A stretch of 63,298 nucleotides of DNA, filler included, from Reticulomyxa filosa (GCA_000512085.1; 19 parts of 19 records of this genome joined end to end with filler, not necessarily neighbours in it); one strand, 5' to 3'. Numbered from the whole stretch's first letter, positions 11,311-24,600 are shown. The notes: generated by a model from the letters alone, not told the origin. Numbers and translations are program-made.

Positions 11311-12615
11311 ATTATCTAAAAGTTATCTAAAAAAATTTGAAAAAGTGTGAAATAGACTCGAATGTAATGATCTAGTTTGTAGAAAAACTTTTTTCTTCGA
11401 AGAAGAAGATAGTACAAGAAAAGGATTAAAATAAAAAACTTGCTGACAGTACAACTTTGAGCAAATTTTCTTTTCTTAAGAATGAAACAACCAGCATTTA
11501 AGAAGAACTGAGTAACTTTTCTAGAAATGCATATTCAAGATTGTCTGACGTGCAAGTGACACCTTATTAATTATGAAATGTGCGTATATTTTCTTACTAT
11601 TTTTTTTAATGAAAAATTAATTAAACAAAGCAATTCTATTCTCTTTCATGTCCTAAAATCACTTTGATCTAAATTTAAATATACTTTATTTTCTAACAGC
11701 ATTTGAACACAACAAATTTTTAAAAAAAAACAATCAAATTCAAAAATATTTCAACTTTAAAGTTGTGTTTTGCCATCATTTGTTAACAAAGATTACAACT
11801 TTTGAAAGACTAAATTTAAAACCATATTTAAAGACTATATAATTTGTAAATTATTTCTTCATAGAAGAAATCAGTATCGCTAAAGCAAAAAAAAGCTAAG
11901 ACACACAAAAATTCAAAGTTTATATTTTTAATCTCCTCCCTTGGTTTGATCGTTGTCATTGTTGCATGCAAGCAAACTGAATTTTTCAAATTCTTTAATT
12001 ATAATGTATATATGCATACAAGGTGATTGCTTTCCTGAAATAAGCACTTTATCATTATTATCACACACAGTGTGCTATTAACAGAATTATGACCGCATAT
12101 TTGTTTTTTTGCACACTCAGCTTTTTAGTTGAATTTTTACCTTGTTCATTCGTTGTTTTTTTTTATCTTGATTCATGTGAGTCTCTGTAATTACATAAAA
12201 TGTTTCATGGTCGTTGTCTAAAACAAGTAATTGAGATTTTTTTTTCAAAGTGCATTTATTGATCAAAAGAACTGTTCTTACTTTGTTGTCTGCCTTTCAA
12301 ATGTTAATACCTTTTCCCTTTCTTATATCTATTGTTGTATTCTTTGAAAAAATTCAATGACAACAATATTTTAAGCTTTTAAATATTACCTCCTTTGTCA
12401 ATTCTATTTCAAAATCCTTAATATGTGGTTTACAAAATTTTCATTTGTGGATTTATTTAAAAAATGAGCATAAATTAATCTGTTCTTATCCACATAGTGT
12501 CATTTTGTCAATAATTATACTTTTGTTTCTTAGGATCAAAAAGATGTATCAAGCCACAAATTTTTTTTGACAATCGAATATACAATTTTGCATTTTTAAA
12601 AACATTTTGTTTGTG

Positions 12616-14297
12616 TTATTGTCTCCATATTGCAATTCTCCCTTGACGACTATGTGTCATAATCATATTACCATCTGACGAAATATTAATTTTATTGAAA
12701 AAATAAGATGAATCAAAAATTTCCGCTCTCTGTATTTTTTGTCTTAATTTTACATCCCACATTTCAATTATACGCCCACTAAACAAAAATGCAATAGTTT
12801 GTCCACTTGGGAAAAATTTGAAATCAGCCACAGAAAGGTAATTCTCAAACATTTTCTCTCTTTTTCCTAATTCTATATCCCATATTTGAGCTTCATTAGA
12901 TATAATATCTCTATCGTATAAACTGAACACAATATATCTGCCATCTGGAGATAATGCTGCACATTGTATATTGTAGATATATTCGTGTAGTTCTTTCGTT
13001 TGGCCAGATTGTATATCCCATAAATAAAGCTTGTTTCTAAGTGTGAATAAGATCATTTGGCCATCAGATGAAAATTGTGCACTAAGTAAATTGTGTGAAA
13101 ATACCACAATTGTGTCAATGTTCTCTCCAGAATTTACATCACACAAACATATTCGATCGATTGAAGCTGTCACAATATATTTATTATCTGGAGAAAATTG
13201 AGCTATCTCCACTCCATGGAAATGTCCTCTAAATCGTCTCAATTCTTGTCCTGATTTTACATCTGACAATCGAATTGCCCCGTCTGAATACAATGCAATA
13301 ATATTCCCATCTGGTGACAATTCTTTACAATCTTTCAAAATGTTACGCATTTTGAAAATTTGAATTTTTTTTCCTGATGCAATATCCCATATTTCGACTA
13401 TGCTATCACGCGTTAGTACAAATATCTTGTGATTATCTGTTGAAAACTGTGCCTTTTTTATTAGTACTGAGGGGTCCTTTGGAAACACTTTAAATAGCTT
13501 GAAGCCTTTGGCCTTTGTGAAATATTTACAATAATTTTACTTGAATGTGAACAAAATATATATATATATATGTATATATGTACATATATAAAGCAATTAC
13601 AAAATAACTTAACATATTTTGCGATAATTTTATTGAATTCATTGATCCATCCCTGTCTAATTATCGACAACTGAACCCAGTTTTGTAATATTAAATCCAC
13701 CTCTTGTGTTGTCTATTTTGTATTTTAATTGTTGCTTATGAAAAGATACAAGTATTAATGTTTTACTTGTTTGTTTATCTGATTTACCGAATATAATGGC
13801 TCTTGATCACAATCTATTATATTTTGATCACATTGCATATCGTTTTGTCTGCAGAATATATTCTCGTCACGTCTATATTTGTCAGAATGATAATTGTTGC
13901 ATTGATTGTTTCTTTTATATTTGTAAGTGTTTATGTGAAGTGTATTACGTTGATAATCACGTCTTTGCTCTTGATTAAAATTGTTTCCATTGCGATTTCT
14001 GTCATGCTGCTTGAAATTATTATTTGACCATTTCTTATTATTGTGGAAATTCGAAACGTGTTGATACGTATCAAAGGCCTTTTGATAAACAGGCCTATTT
14101 CTGTTTCTTGTTCTTTGTTGATACCTTTGATTCGCATTGACAGTACTTGCACTTTTAAACTCAAATGGATGATGTCTTCTTCCATTTTCATTCAAGCCGT
14201 TTTCTTGACTGTCGTATTTCAGATAATCTAGTCTTCTTTGATTGTCATGTTTAGATTCATTAAAACTGCCGAAATTACTTACTCTCCAACTGGTCAT
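12616..14297 (-). CDS. WD40-repeat protein with an N/Q/R-rich N-terminal extension. Exons 14297-13767, 13712-13614 and 13512-12616
   Basis: Phase-0 GT-AG introns 13766-13713 and 13613-13513 join three ORF-track ORFs in frame; multiple SPDG/FSSDG...WD repeats. Confidence 0.85.
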
Positions 14298-16879
14298 TTG
14301 TAAGATCGTGGATGAATTGTCACCACTATTCCAAAAGATTATGTGATCTAATTTTTTTTCTTGTTCCCCTTTTTACTTTTTTTTTTATCCAGTATTCATT
14401 TAATATTTAACACAAATTTAAAGTTAAGTTATTCTTATTGCAATGAATAGAAATAATAAACAAAACAGAAATTTTGATCTGGATAGAAGTTCCATTTTAA
14501 ATCCTACATCATTATCGTATAAGAGAATCCAAGAAGTTAAACGGATGGCACAATCATCAATGGTTTTCATTTTATTTATCTTTTAGAAAACTTGCTGTCT
14601 TTAAAATTTCACTTCACTTAATAAAATGCGAATAATAATGTTTTTGAACTTATCATCAAGATAAACAATATTAAAGGGAAAAAATCAACTGAAAATGGAT
14701 TTTTGTTATAATAAAATTAGATCACATTTATTGTGTATAGCATTTATTAGCAAAATTGTTTAGTGATAATTTTTTAAGAATAAAATAACGTATATTGAAT
14801 GTTAGAACTTTTAAATTGAAATTAAGTCTTGCTATAATCAAGAATGATTTTGTTTTCTCTGAAGTTTATTTTATATTTGTAGCTAGCAATGTTAATGAAA
14901 ACATTTATTTTTTATCTTGTCTCTTCGTTTAAACTTTCGTCCACAATATTGCATTGATTAGGTCTTTAGGCTAAATGTGTTTTTTTGTGCATTTCAAGTT
15001 CTTTTTGTTTAGCAAATGAACGTTATAAATTCTTTTTTGCTGATTGGTATTCATGTCTCATTTGATTATTTTTTAATATACGATTTACTGCAGTAATTTT
15101 GTATTAATTTCTTTATACATTTCTTTTAATTCGTCATTGTTACGAACTTTTATTTGCTTGACTGTCATTGTACATATGGTTCAAGTCTGTTACCTTGTTC
15201 ATGTCTGTATAATTGAATTTTTGTTGTGATTTATCAGCATTCATTTACATATTCATATACATGTACATGTCCGTATTCATGTATGTGATTATATCCATAT
15301 TCTTATTCGACGTCCGTACCCATGACAATTCGTATTTGTTGTATTCTTATTTGTGTTCATAATTATGTTTTTTATGTTTGTCTTTGTACTAGTATCTGTG
15401 TTCGTATCCTTCATATTCTTTGTGTTGTATTATTCTTGTTTATATATTATAATTATATTTGTTGATATGTATTGAATATACATACTTTTACTTTGTTTTT
15501 GTATTTTACCTTTATTTTCTTTCTTTTTTTGCTTTATTGATATTAAGTTCAAGTCGACTTTACAAAACGTTAAAACATTTTTATTTTGATACTTGAAAAA
15601 AAAATAAAAAGTTTGATGTCCCTTTTAGAAAAAAAAAATCATTAGCGAAATGGAAAATAAAACTTGATTTTTTCAATCGCAAAGCTTCGATTTATAAAAC
15701 TATACTAACACAATGTTTTGTTTTTTTCAACTCATAGCTATCTGATTAATGAAAAATTTTTATCAATAATGTTGCAATTAAAAAATTAAATAAAAAATTG
15801 ATTTTAAGGATTCGACAAATTAGTTTTAACCGGATCCTGAGTTTTATTTTCTTACAATAAATATATGATCAATTTTCTTCATATAATTTTTTTTATTTAA
15901 AAAATATATTTTCTAAATATAATTTTAGTCTTTATAAAATGTTTGAGAAAAAATTAACAATATTGACTTACATTAACATGAAGTTTGCCAACTTTTTTTA
16001 AAGCATTTTCTGAAATTGCTTAATGCATTTTCAAAAATAATAAAAATGATTAAAAAACATAAATATCAAACTATACTGAACTAAAAAAAAATAAAGAACG
16101 AAATGTTGAAAGAACATAGATTGAAAAAATTTGTATTTTGAACAAGATAATATCGAAGTGGAGTTTGTAAAATTACACGAACTTCCTTCGCTATTGGTAA
16201 CCAACAAAATATGGAAAATAGAAATATATTGAGATTAGGTTATCAAATGATGCTATTATCTTTATTTATTCTATTATAACAAATTTGATCTTAAAAAAAA
16301 TAAACACTAGTGCAAAATCAATGTAATGAATTATAGTATCCAAAAATTAAGCAAAACGTATGCTGTTGTAGAAAATAAAGATAGTAGAATGCAGCAATGT
16401 ATTCAAAAAATTTTCGACGAAAAAGCTAATCAAAATATTGAATGAGATAAACAAAAATGGTTATACTGTATGCGTACAGAAGCTCTCAAACATGTTTTGA
16501 TACCTTGGCCATTTTGGCTTCTGTCGCAGTTGCGTTGTGCGTTTGAAAGAGAATTGAAGTAATAACGTGTTGACTTATACAGTTGTCTTTCACGAACATT
16601 ATTCAAATTAAACTTTTGTAATATAAAAAATTTAATTGAAATGGTAAAAATCAAATAAAAAGATTTTCTCAAAAAAAACCAAGAACATTCGATGCTGTAA
16701 AATTACATACATTCATCTTAATAGTTTTTGCTATGACCTAGGTAATATGCACAATCCTTACACACACAAATAAAGGAATTGTGGAATATTACATTTCTAA
16801 CAAAAAATTATTTGAGCAAAAAATGTTTCGGTCAAATTAGAGCTTGACTATTTTTTTAGAATTAATTTATGTGATCCAA

Positions 16880-17456
16880 TCTTTTAAAAAGATCAGCTTG
16901 TTATCACAACACGATAACGAAAAATCAAAATTATATTTAAAAACATGATTACAACAGCATTTGATAATTTTATTTATTTTTCCCTTTATTTGTTTTCATC
17001 ATTCCTTATTCTTGTCCATTTTCTGACTTTGATACAAAGCAATGATATTGTATCCAATTATTAGTTGGTAATTTATCGTGTTTAATAATTGAACTGTATT
17101 TAAATTAAACAAACTAATATTCTTTAATAGATAAGTGACATCTCCAATGGCAATTGGATGATTGCGATTGTCTGTGAAATTAACCCATGGATTGTAATTG
17201 TTCAATTCATTTGATTTGTTCGATATATTATTCCAAACACTTACATATTCCATCACCAATGTATGTTTTATCATTTCCACCAAAAGACAACACAGTTATT
17301 TGATTATCGTTATCTATAGGTTCACTACACGGTGTCCTTCTAATTGAAAATTACTTGATATGCACGTTTTCAACAGAAAAACTGATTAAAATTATTTTCA
17401 ACAAGATGCACATTTAAGATATTTGAAAGTTCATTTAATGTTTTGCACAATTCACA
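16880..17456 (-). pseudogene. Kelch-like repeat family pseudogene fragment
   Basis: LEGHRVV, TVLSFGG, KHTLVMEYVSVWNNISNKSNELNNYNPWVNFTDNRNHPIAIG and NYQMLL, with frameshifts; similar to the 10897-11310 relic. Confidence 0.65.
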
Positions 17457-17629
17457 NNNNNNNNNNNNNNNNNNNNNNNNNNNNNNNNNNNNNNNNNNNN
17501 TTAATTAATTAANNNNNNNNNNNNNNNNNNNNNNNNNNNNNNNNNNNNNNNNNNNNGAACTTGATTGACTGGTCCTCCCCTTTTTTAAAAAAAATAAAAA
17601 AGATATCATAAAAGTTGGAAAAATATCAC

Positions 17630-18895
17630 CGATCTGTTGCCAAACCCTCCGAAACCATTGTCGTATTGGAATGTGAGAAACAATGTGGCGAGGGAGTGCA
17701 GACGCGTGATGGAGGAGAATGAGATGACGACGTTCCCGCAACCGTCGTGGTTCAGCCAATCTGGGTTTGGATGGCTCAGGAAGTGTATTGAAAAGCATAG
17801 GGGAGATTTCCGTCGATGGCCAAATATATCTATGCGGATTTTGATATTGGCAAGAATGATGAGGAGGACCATAGCAGTAGTGGTCCCTCGCAAACACAAT
17901 ACGATTGGCGGGATCCTGCTAAACTCAAACAACACATAACTGAGTTTTTGGAACTCGAAAAAAATCCCCCTTTTTCCCCCAGTCGTTTGGAGTTCCAAAG
18001 TGCTGCTTTGGACAATCTATGGATCGCTTTGGAAAAATTGGCAAGTGACTTACGTTCCAATTTGAGTGCCAAATATGCCAAACAACCGCCCTTTTTCAAA
18101 CGAAGAATGTACTACTATTTGGTTGAACAATTTGGACCAAAGTTGCGTTTGAATGAAATCGAAGTAATGCAACTTTTGTCATTGTATTTTGAAATCCAAT
18201 TGCACGAATCATTCAGCGGGTCAATCCCCTTTTGTACAAAGTGCGTCGGAAGAGTTTCAAGACTTTGTGTTGCTTGCCAAAGAATTGATAGCATTTTATT
18301 CTTGGTACACAGACTTGGTCTACCAACCATTATCATGTCATTAAAAACTTGGAGTTGCCGACAATCCATGATATATACATATATGACTTGAGCTATGCCA
18401 TTTTGAGGTTTCACAGAGGGATTGAGCGAGTGCAACGTCGCATTCGAAGGTTCCCTCTGGAAGATCTGCAACATCCCAGATGTGGCAAGGACAAGACTCG
18501 TTATCAAATTCTGTATTTGCAACATGGGTATATTTGGCAATTCAAAGCCCTTCCTCTACCACCGTTGCCATTATGAAAGTGAAAAAGCTCTCGCCAACAA
18601 TGAGACAGTCACAAAGAAGTTATTGACTGCCAAAGACAGTGACAACAACACTCGAGTGTTGACCAAAAGCGTGTGCGCAAAAAAACCTGATCCGAAAATG
18701 CTCGAATACGCGAAACGTGTTGGAGGCTTTGAGCTTAATGAAAAATGGGTATACATTAGAGACAATTATAGCAAAGACATTATGCCAGTGAGTGCATTGG
18801 GAGGCAATGCAATATTATTAAATCGATTTAATAAGAAAGAAATGATAATATGCACCTTGAAGGAATTCATGTATTTGATAAATTACAACAAGTAA
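17630..18895 (+). pseudogene. Mosaic, multiply frameshifted pseudogene: helical KPxxYW...GG-type repeats, an unknown segment, and a HAD-like hydrolase C-terminus
   Basis: KKPDPKMLEYA...WVYIRDNYSKDIMPVSALGGNAILLNR matches HAD motifs III/IV with GD changed to RD. Coding-like sequence switches among all three + frames, with in-frame stops. Confidence 0.5.
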
Positions 18896-19296
18896 GTCGG
18901 TACTTGGAATCGACATATGAATTTCCTTCTACCAAATAAATTTTTCAATATTCATTCTTTGTCGTGTGGAAATAAGTGAACTTTTTTTTCTTCCACTCTT
19001 CATCTTTGTGCTTTGCACCTGCAATATTTTTATTTATAATTTGTCGTTTAAAAAAAAGGAAACAATTTCTTTGGCTTCATCACATTGCCATTGATGTTAA
19101 TACTGTTGTTGCTAATGTGAAATTAGGATTACTCAAATGCATTTCAGCACACACAAATCAGCAGCTTCAACACAAATAACAATTTAATTTATATAANNNN
19201 NNNNNNNNNNNNNNNNNNNNNNNNNNNNNNNNNNNNNNNNTTAATTAATTAANNNNNNNNNNNNNNNNNNNNNNNNNNNNNNNNNNNNNNNNNNNN

Positions 19297-19620
19297 TCTC
19301 CTTCCCCTTCCCCTTCTTCTTCTTCGTCTTTGTTGTTGCCATTCAAAATATGCCTCGAGTGATTATCATCCTCTTCCCTATGTGCAGATATCGATCCACG
19401 AGCACTTTGATTTCCTTGGCCAAAGTCGTCGGACGTCTCGTTATTGCGATGAGAACGGACAAATGCACTCGCAGCTGTCTTTTCCTGTCGCTTGTGTATG
19501 TTTCCTTTCGACATGCATACAAGAGTCTGCTCGATACTGTCCAAGCGTACGCGCTCTTCCACTTCGGGCTCTTTATATTTTCATTTAGCACAAATCACAA
19601 AACATATACATATATAAATG

Positions 19621-19652
<32 letters not shown>

Positions 19653-20758
19653 TATACATTTACATATGTACATACACACACACACACACCTGTCAAGCGA
19701 AAGAAGGACAAAAACAAAGGGTATCGAGTGATAGTGACGTTTTCGCAAATGGCACAGAAATACTCGTTGATCAGTTGCTTGCGCTGATGCAACTTGCGTT
19801 GGTCGATAAATCCAAACAAACGCATGTGCGAGGGAAATTGGTACTCGTGTTTCGTTTGTCCGTTGTCTCTCCTTACAAATACTTGCGGCAGCTCTTGCTT
19901 TAACTTAAAACAGGGTTGGTAGTATTTATATTGATATTGATATTTATATTTATATTTATATTGAGATTGGTTGCACAAAGACAAACATTACGAAAAAAAA
20001 AAAAGTGATAAGGAGGGGAAGGAATGCTAACCTGTTGAGCAAACTGGCGCAATTCGTCGAATCGTTTGACACAAACTGTCACTTTGGAATTGAAAGGGGC
20101 CATACGCGCACCGACGATTACATACGATGTGTATTCATTTTTGTCCGAACCAATTGAGGTCCCTTTTTTTTTTTTTTTTTTGTTTTGGATTGATTGGTTT
20201 ATTCTTTTGTTACCAGTATCACGTGATCTTAATTTCGTTTTGCTTTCTGGCAACAAACAGATAAGCAATAAAACATACGTGAAGAGGCAATCCGAATGGA
20301 ATACACATAGGGATGCAAATTTGGATCTGACGTCTTGAGCAAGTAATAATGAGGGGAGTTCATTTGTTTATTTTGTAATTCTTACCAAAAGTCCGTTTCA
20401 AATATACACATATAAGTATATATGTATATGGTATATATTTAGTTTTTTGTTGTTGCTGTTATTGACATTACATTTATCATCAGAAAGAATGAAGAAAATA
20501 AATATGTATATATGTACATACATATGTATATATACATACATACATATGTATATATGTACATATATGAATATACCAGCGTCAACACATTTGTGCAAAGGCT
20601 TTTGGACATTGCGCTTAATGTATTCACGGATATATTGTTTGGAGAAGATATTCAACATGCGACGAACTCGCGTGTCAATTTGATGTTCTCTTTGTTCCAT
20701 TTCTGCAGCATCTGTTGCATTGCAATGGAGCTTACACGTTGTTTTGGACATACAAACG

Positions 20759-20790
<32 letters not shown>

Positions 20791-21158
20791 ACCGGTGTCG
20801 TCCGTCTTTTGATTTTACCTTGTTGTTTCGTCTGCTCCTCTTTCAATTGATATGTCTGCTCTTGTCCCAGGACATGTTTCGATGCTGGAGAGACGTCGGC
20901 CCCTTTTGACCGTATGCGGTCACGTCCATGACCATCTGCTATCAATCCGTTCACTTCTTTATCTCTTTCATCTGTTCGCTTCCTTGTCGGTAGTGAAAAG
21001 TCGTCGGTCTCAAGGTCGTCAGTCTCCACCTCAGCCTTTCTAACCGGGGAACCTTGTCGGCTGTTTGGCTGTGATATTTCGGGAGATTCTTGGAGATAGC
21101 GGCTCAAAACTGTTGTATTTTTGCTAGAGCTCCATTTTTCAATTTGTGGGACTATCAT
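19297..21158 (-). CDS. PX-domain protein (multi-exon, 3'-truncated)
   Basis: EYTSYVIV...VKRFDELRQFAQQ / FPSHMRLFGFIDQRKLHQRKQLINEYFCAICENVTITRYPLFLSFF matches the PX consensus; introns are filled with (TA)/(CA) repeats. Confidence 0.7.
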
Positions 21159-22263
21159 TTTCAATTGTTTTTATACTGAATCTTCGCATTTCCTTTCTTT
21201 TTTGTTTTTTGTGCCACCAGTTTTCAGTAACTAACTACTTGCCAAAAAAAAAACTGTGTTTTTCAAAAGGTCAACAATTCCACGTAGTTTCAGCTCTTTA
21301 TTCCATTTTACTGTTCCACAATTGGGCCTCAGAGATGCTAATTTGATGCAAAAGAACAAGCCAAAAAAATATTAGAGCCATGAGTTTGGACTACATTGGC
21401 ACTCTAACTTGTCAGCTGAGTGCTCAATATTTGTATCGGGCTGCATTTAGTTGGAAAAAATATCGGTTCTATATTGGTCATTAACACGGATTTTGTCTTT
21501 GAGGAAAATATGAAAAATGTAAAACTTTGACAAGTAAATCAGACATGCTTGCTATCACAAAACCAAATGGCGAGCATTTGTCAAAAATTATCAAATATAC
21601 TAAAAAAGTATCAATAACAGAAAGTAAATTGAACGAGTGCTTGTTCTTTTGCTTAATTCACGCCAAAAAAAATTAGTATGCGAAAATCCGTTACCTAAAT
21701 TATTCTGTAAACATAGTTGCGCCTTCTGAGAAAGTTTTTATTTTCCTGAAGGATGTTCACGACCACATATAGCAGTCTTTGACTTTAATATGTCGATTTC
21801 TGCAACGATTTCTCGAAGAACAAAAAACAACAAGACGATATTCTCAAACTTTTTTGATATAATTTTTCCGTGTTGTTGACAATTTTTTTAATTAAAGAGA
21901 AAATCGAAGAATTATGCTTTGTTTCTATGCATTTTCGGTAAATACATTAAATTTAGCATTATGAGAAAACATTTTGCTGATTGTTTGTTTAATGCTTTTT
22001 TTAAATTTACATTTTTGCAACTTGAGTTTTTGTGGAAAAAATTTAAATTTTATATATTGAAAAATTTTTACAATATTAAATTCACTAACATTAGAACTTC
22101 TATTCAAAACTTCTTTCGTTTTGTTTTTAAATTTCTCCTTTGCTATTGTAGTGAGACTACTTANNNNNNNNNNNNNNNNNNNNNNNNNNNNNNNNNNNNN
22201 NNNNNNNTTAATTAATTAANNNNNNNNNNNNNNNNNNNNNNNNNNNNNNNNNNNNNNNNNNNN

Positions 22264-22303
<40 letters not shown>

Positions 22304-23410
22304 CTAAACCCAATTCCAACAATTTTGAGAACTAATTCGATCAAAAAAAAGATGGTAAAGACAATGTTAAGAGAGTCCAGCGTATGCTTCCAACGGGCAG
22401 ACATGCCTGGCCAATCCATTGCCAACACAATTGTGTTAGTTAGAATGACAGCAGTGACGATCCAATTGAACCAAAGACTTTCCACAATGTCGTGGATCTT
22501 CACAACTACTTCTGGCTTTCCTTGCAGATACGGGTTAGGCTTGCCATGGGCCAATCGCAATGACCTTCGAGCCATGGCTTCGTGTTTGCGTCGTTGAAGT
22601 ATTTCTTCACGGTTTGCTTTTTCCGTGTCATCCGCAATCTCCACACTCCCCAGTACCAAAGATGCTTGGACAGAGTGTCCTATGTATGTGTATAAGCATA
22701 ACCTGCAAAAGTATACATGTGTCAGTCAACTATATATATACATACATATATATATATATAATGGATATAGCTATCGTTTTTTTTTTTTTTTTTTAACAAG
22801 TCTCAAAACTTTTAGTAAATGGTGTGTGAGCCCCATGTCCGACCCCCTTCTCAGCAGTTGACATTTTTGTATCCGCTCTTGTTAGATTGGAGAGGCCACG
22901 TTCAAAGGTGAAGTCATTGCGCAGTGGATAGATGCAACCACTTCGCCATTGTTCAAGCCACAGCTGTGCTTTCTCTGAGCAAAGAGATAAATATGTCAAT
23001 CAAACAAACAGTGAGTGTTTAAAAAATGTATATGTATACATATTATAGGTATGTACATGTACACATATTTATATACACAAATAAATAAAGAGTAACACCT
23101 TCTTCTTGACTTTGAGCGGCTTCATGTTTTGGATTGGCTGAAGGAAGATTGAACGACACATGCTCAGCAATGTTTCTATTACTGTCCAGTGTCATTGACT
23201 GTGCAGGGGCATGTAGTGATACACCTCGACCTTGCTTACGATTTTGTACACCGTGACCAGCAGCATCAGAGTGGCCAAGGACTTTGGGGCTGAAAATATC
23301 TTCCATTTCTTTTTCGTCAGCGTAGTACTCTTCATTTTTCGTCGATTCATTTTTGCTTTGTTCGTTTTCCCTTTCATTAATTTCTTCTTCATACACGTTT
23401 TGGATCACTA
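22264..23410 (-). CDS. Internal fragment of a voltage-gated Ca2+/Na+ channel alpha subunit (inter-domain linker plus S1-S2)
   Basis: IVESLWFNWIVTAVILTNTIVLAMDWPGMS...LDSLNIVFTIFFLIELVLKIVGIG matches S1/S2 of four-domain Cav/Nav channels. Confidence 0.85.
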
Positions 23411-23899
23411 TTTTTTTTTTTTTTTNNNNNNNNNNNNNNNNNNNNNNNNNNNNNNNNNNNNNNNNNNNNTTAATTAATTAANNNNNNNNNNNNNNNNNNN
23501 NNNNNNNNNNNNNNNNNNNNNNNNNTAATTTAAAAAAATTAAAAAAACCAAATATCAAACGACATTGATCTAAAAAAAAATAAAGGATAAAATATTAAAA
23601 TAATTATGAAATATGTAATAAAAAACTAAATTAAAAATGATATTTAAAAAGTACACGATTTGTAGATTTTAAAAAAAAAATTAGGTCTGAATGTTGTTTT
23701 TCATGTAGAAAATCAATCACCTATATAAGGTGCCGTTTTATGTGTCAACTTTACTTTGCATTCTACTGTATGTGATAAATAGCAAATACTTTTTTCATCA
23801 ATTGTGGCATACACTTATTAGTAATTTTTTGAATGATTGTATGTCTGTGAAAGGATTACAATGGTTTGATTTATTAATTTTTATTACTCCCTTCTGGAG

Positions 23900-24600
23900 C
23901 CCATGCAGATATAGCAACTCCTTCTTTTTCGTCGTTTACGACATTGGTGTTTGGCCCGGCCGTACTTAAACACATGGCTAAAACTTTGGAAATGTTTGAA
24001 ATGTATATGTTTGATCCAATGCACTGACAATTTATTTGAAACATCAGCAAAAAAAAATTTGTTAAATTCAATTCATTGCTGGACACAACACAATTTTTTT
24101 TTTGCTTTAAAATAATTCCGACTTTTTTTTCTGCATTCTGAGGACTAATAAAACTTCCAGTTTCAAAGAATAGTATGAAAAACAGATTGGCAAAAACTCA
24201 ACCACTTGTTTTGAACCAGCAATTCTCACAACAAGCTTGGCAAACAGTTTATTGAGGTCATCAATTCATATAACCTACCAAAGCAATACTGTCCTGGCTT
24301 TTCGCAAGTGCTGTTCACACAAAGAGGTGCTAGGATATCTCAAAATGTGCTTACATTTGCCTTTTATTTTTGCTCTCTTGAATGCAACTGACATTTTTAT
24401 GTCAGTCAAGTATTGCACACCAGAGAAAAGATCCAATGTATGAATAGCACTCGTCATTTTGATGTTCTCTTTGTTCCATTTCCATTGTATCTGTTGTATT
24501 GTAACAGGGTAACTCAACTGACACAAAAAAGATCAGTGCTGTTGTCTTTTTAATTGTGTGGATTGTTTTTTCATTTGTTCTATTTTGATATTTATAAAAT
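23900..24600 (-). pseudogene. Degenerate paralog of the PX-domain gene at 19297-21158
   Basis: Shared near-identical tract TTTGATGTTCTCT(T)TGTTCCATTTC at about 24458-24482 and 20679-20704; translates to EMEQREHQ in both. Confidence 0.55.

Noticed and set aside
14400-15450. Coding-like degenerate sequence on the minus strand
   Set aside because: Many stops and no recognisable motif; cannot be assigned
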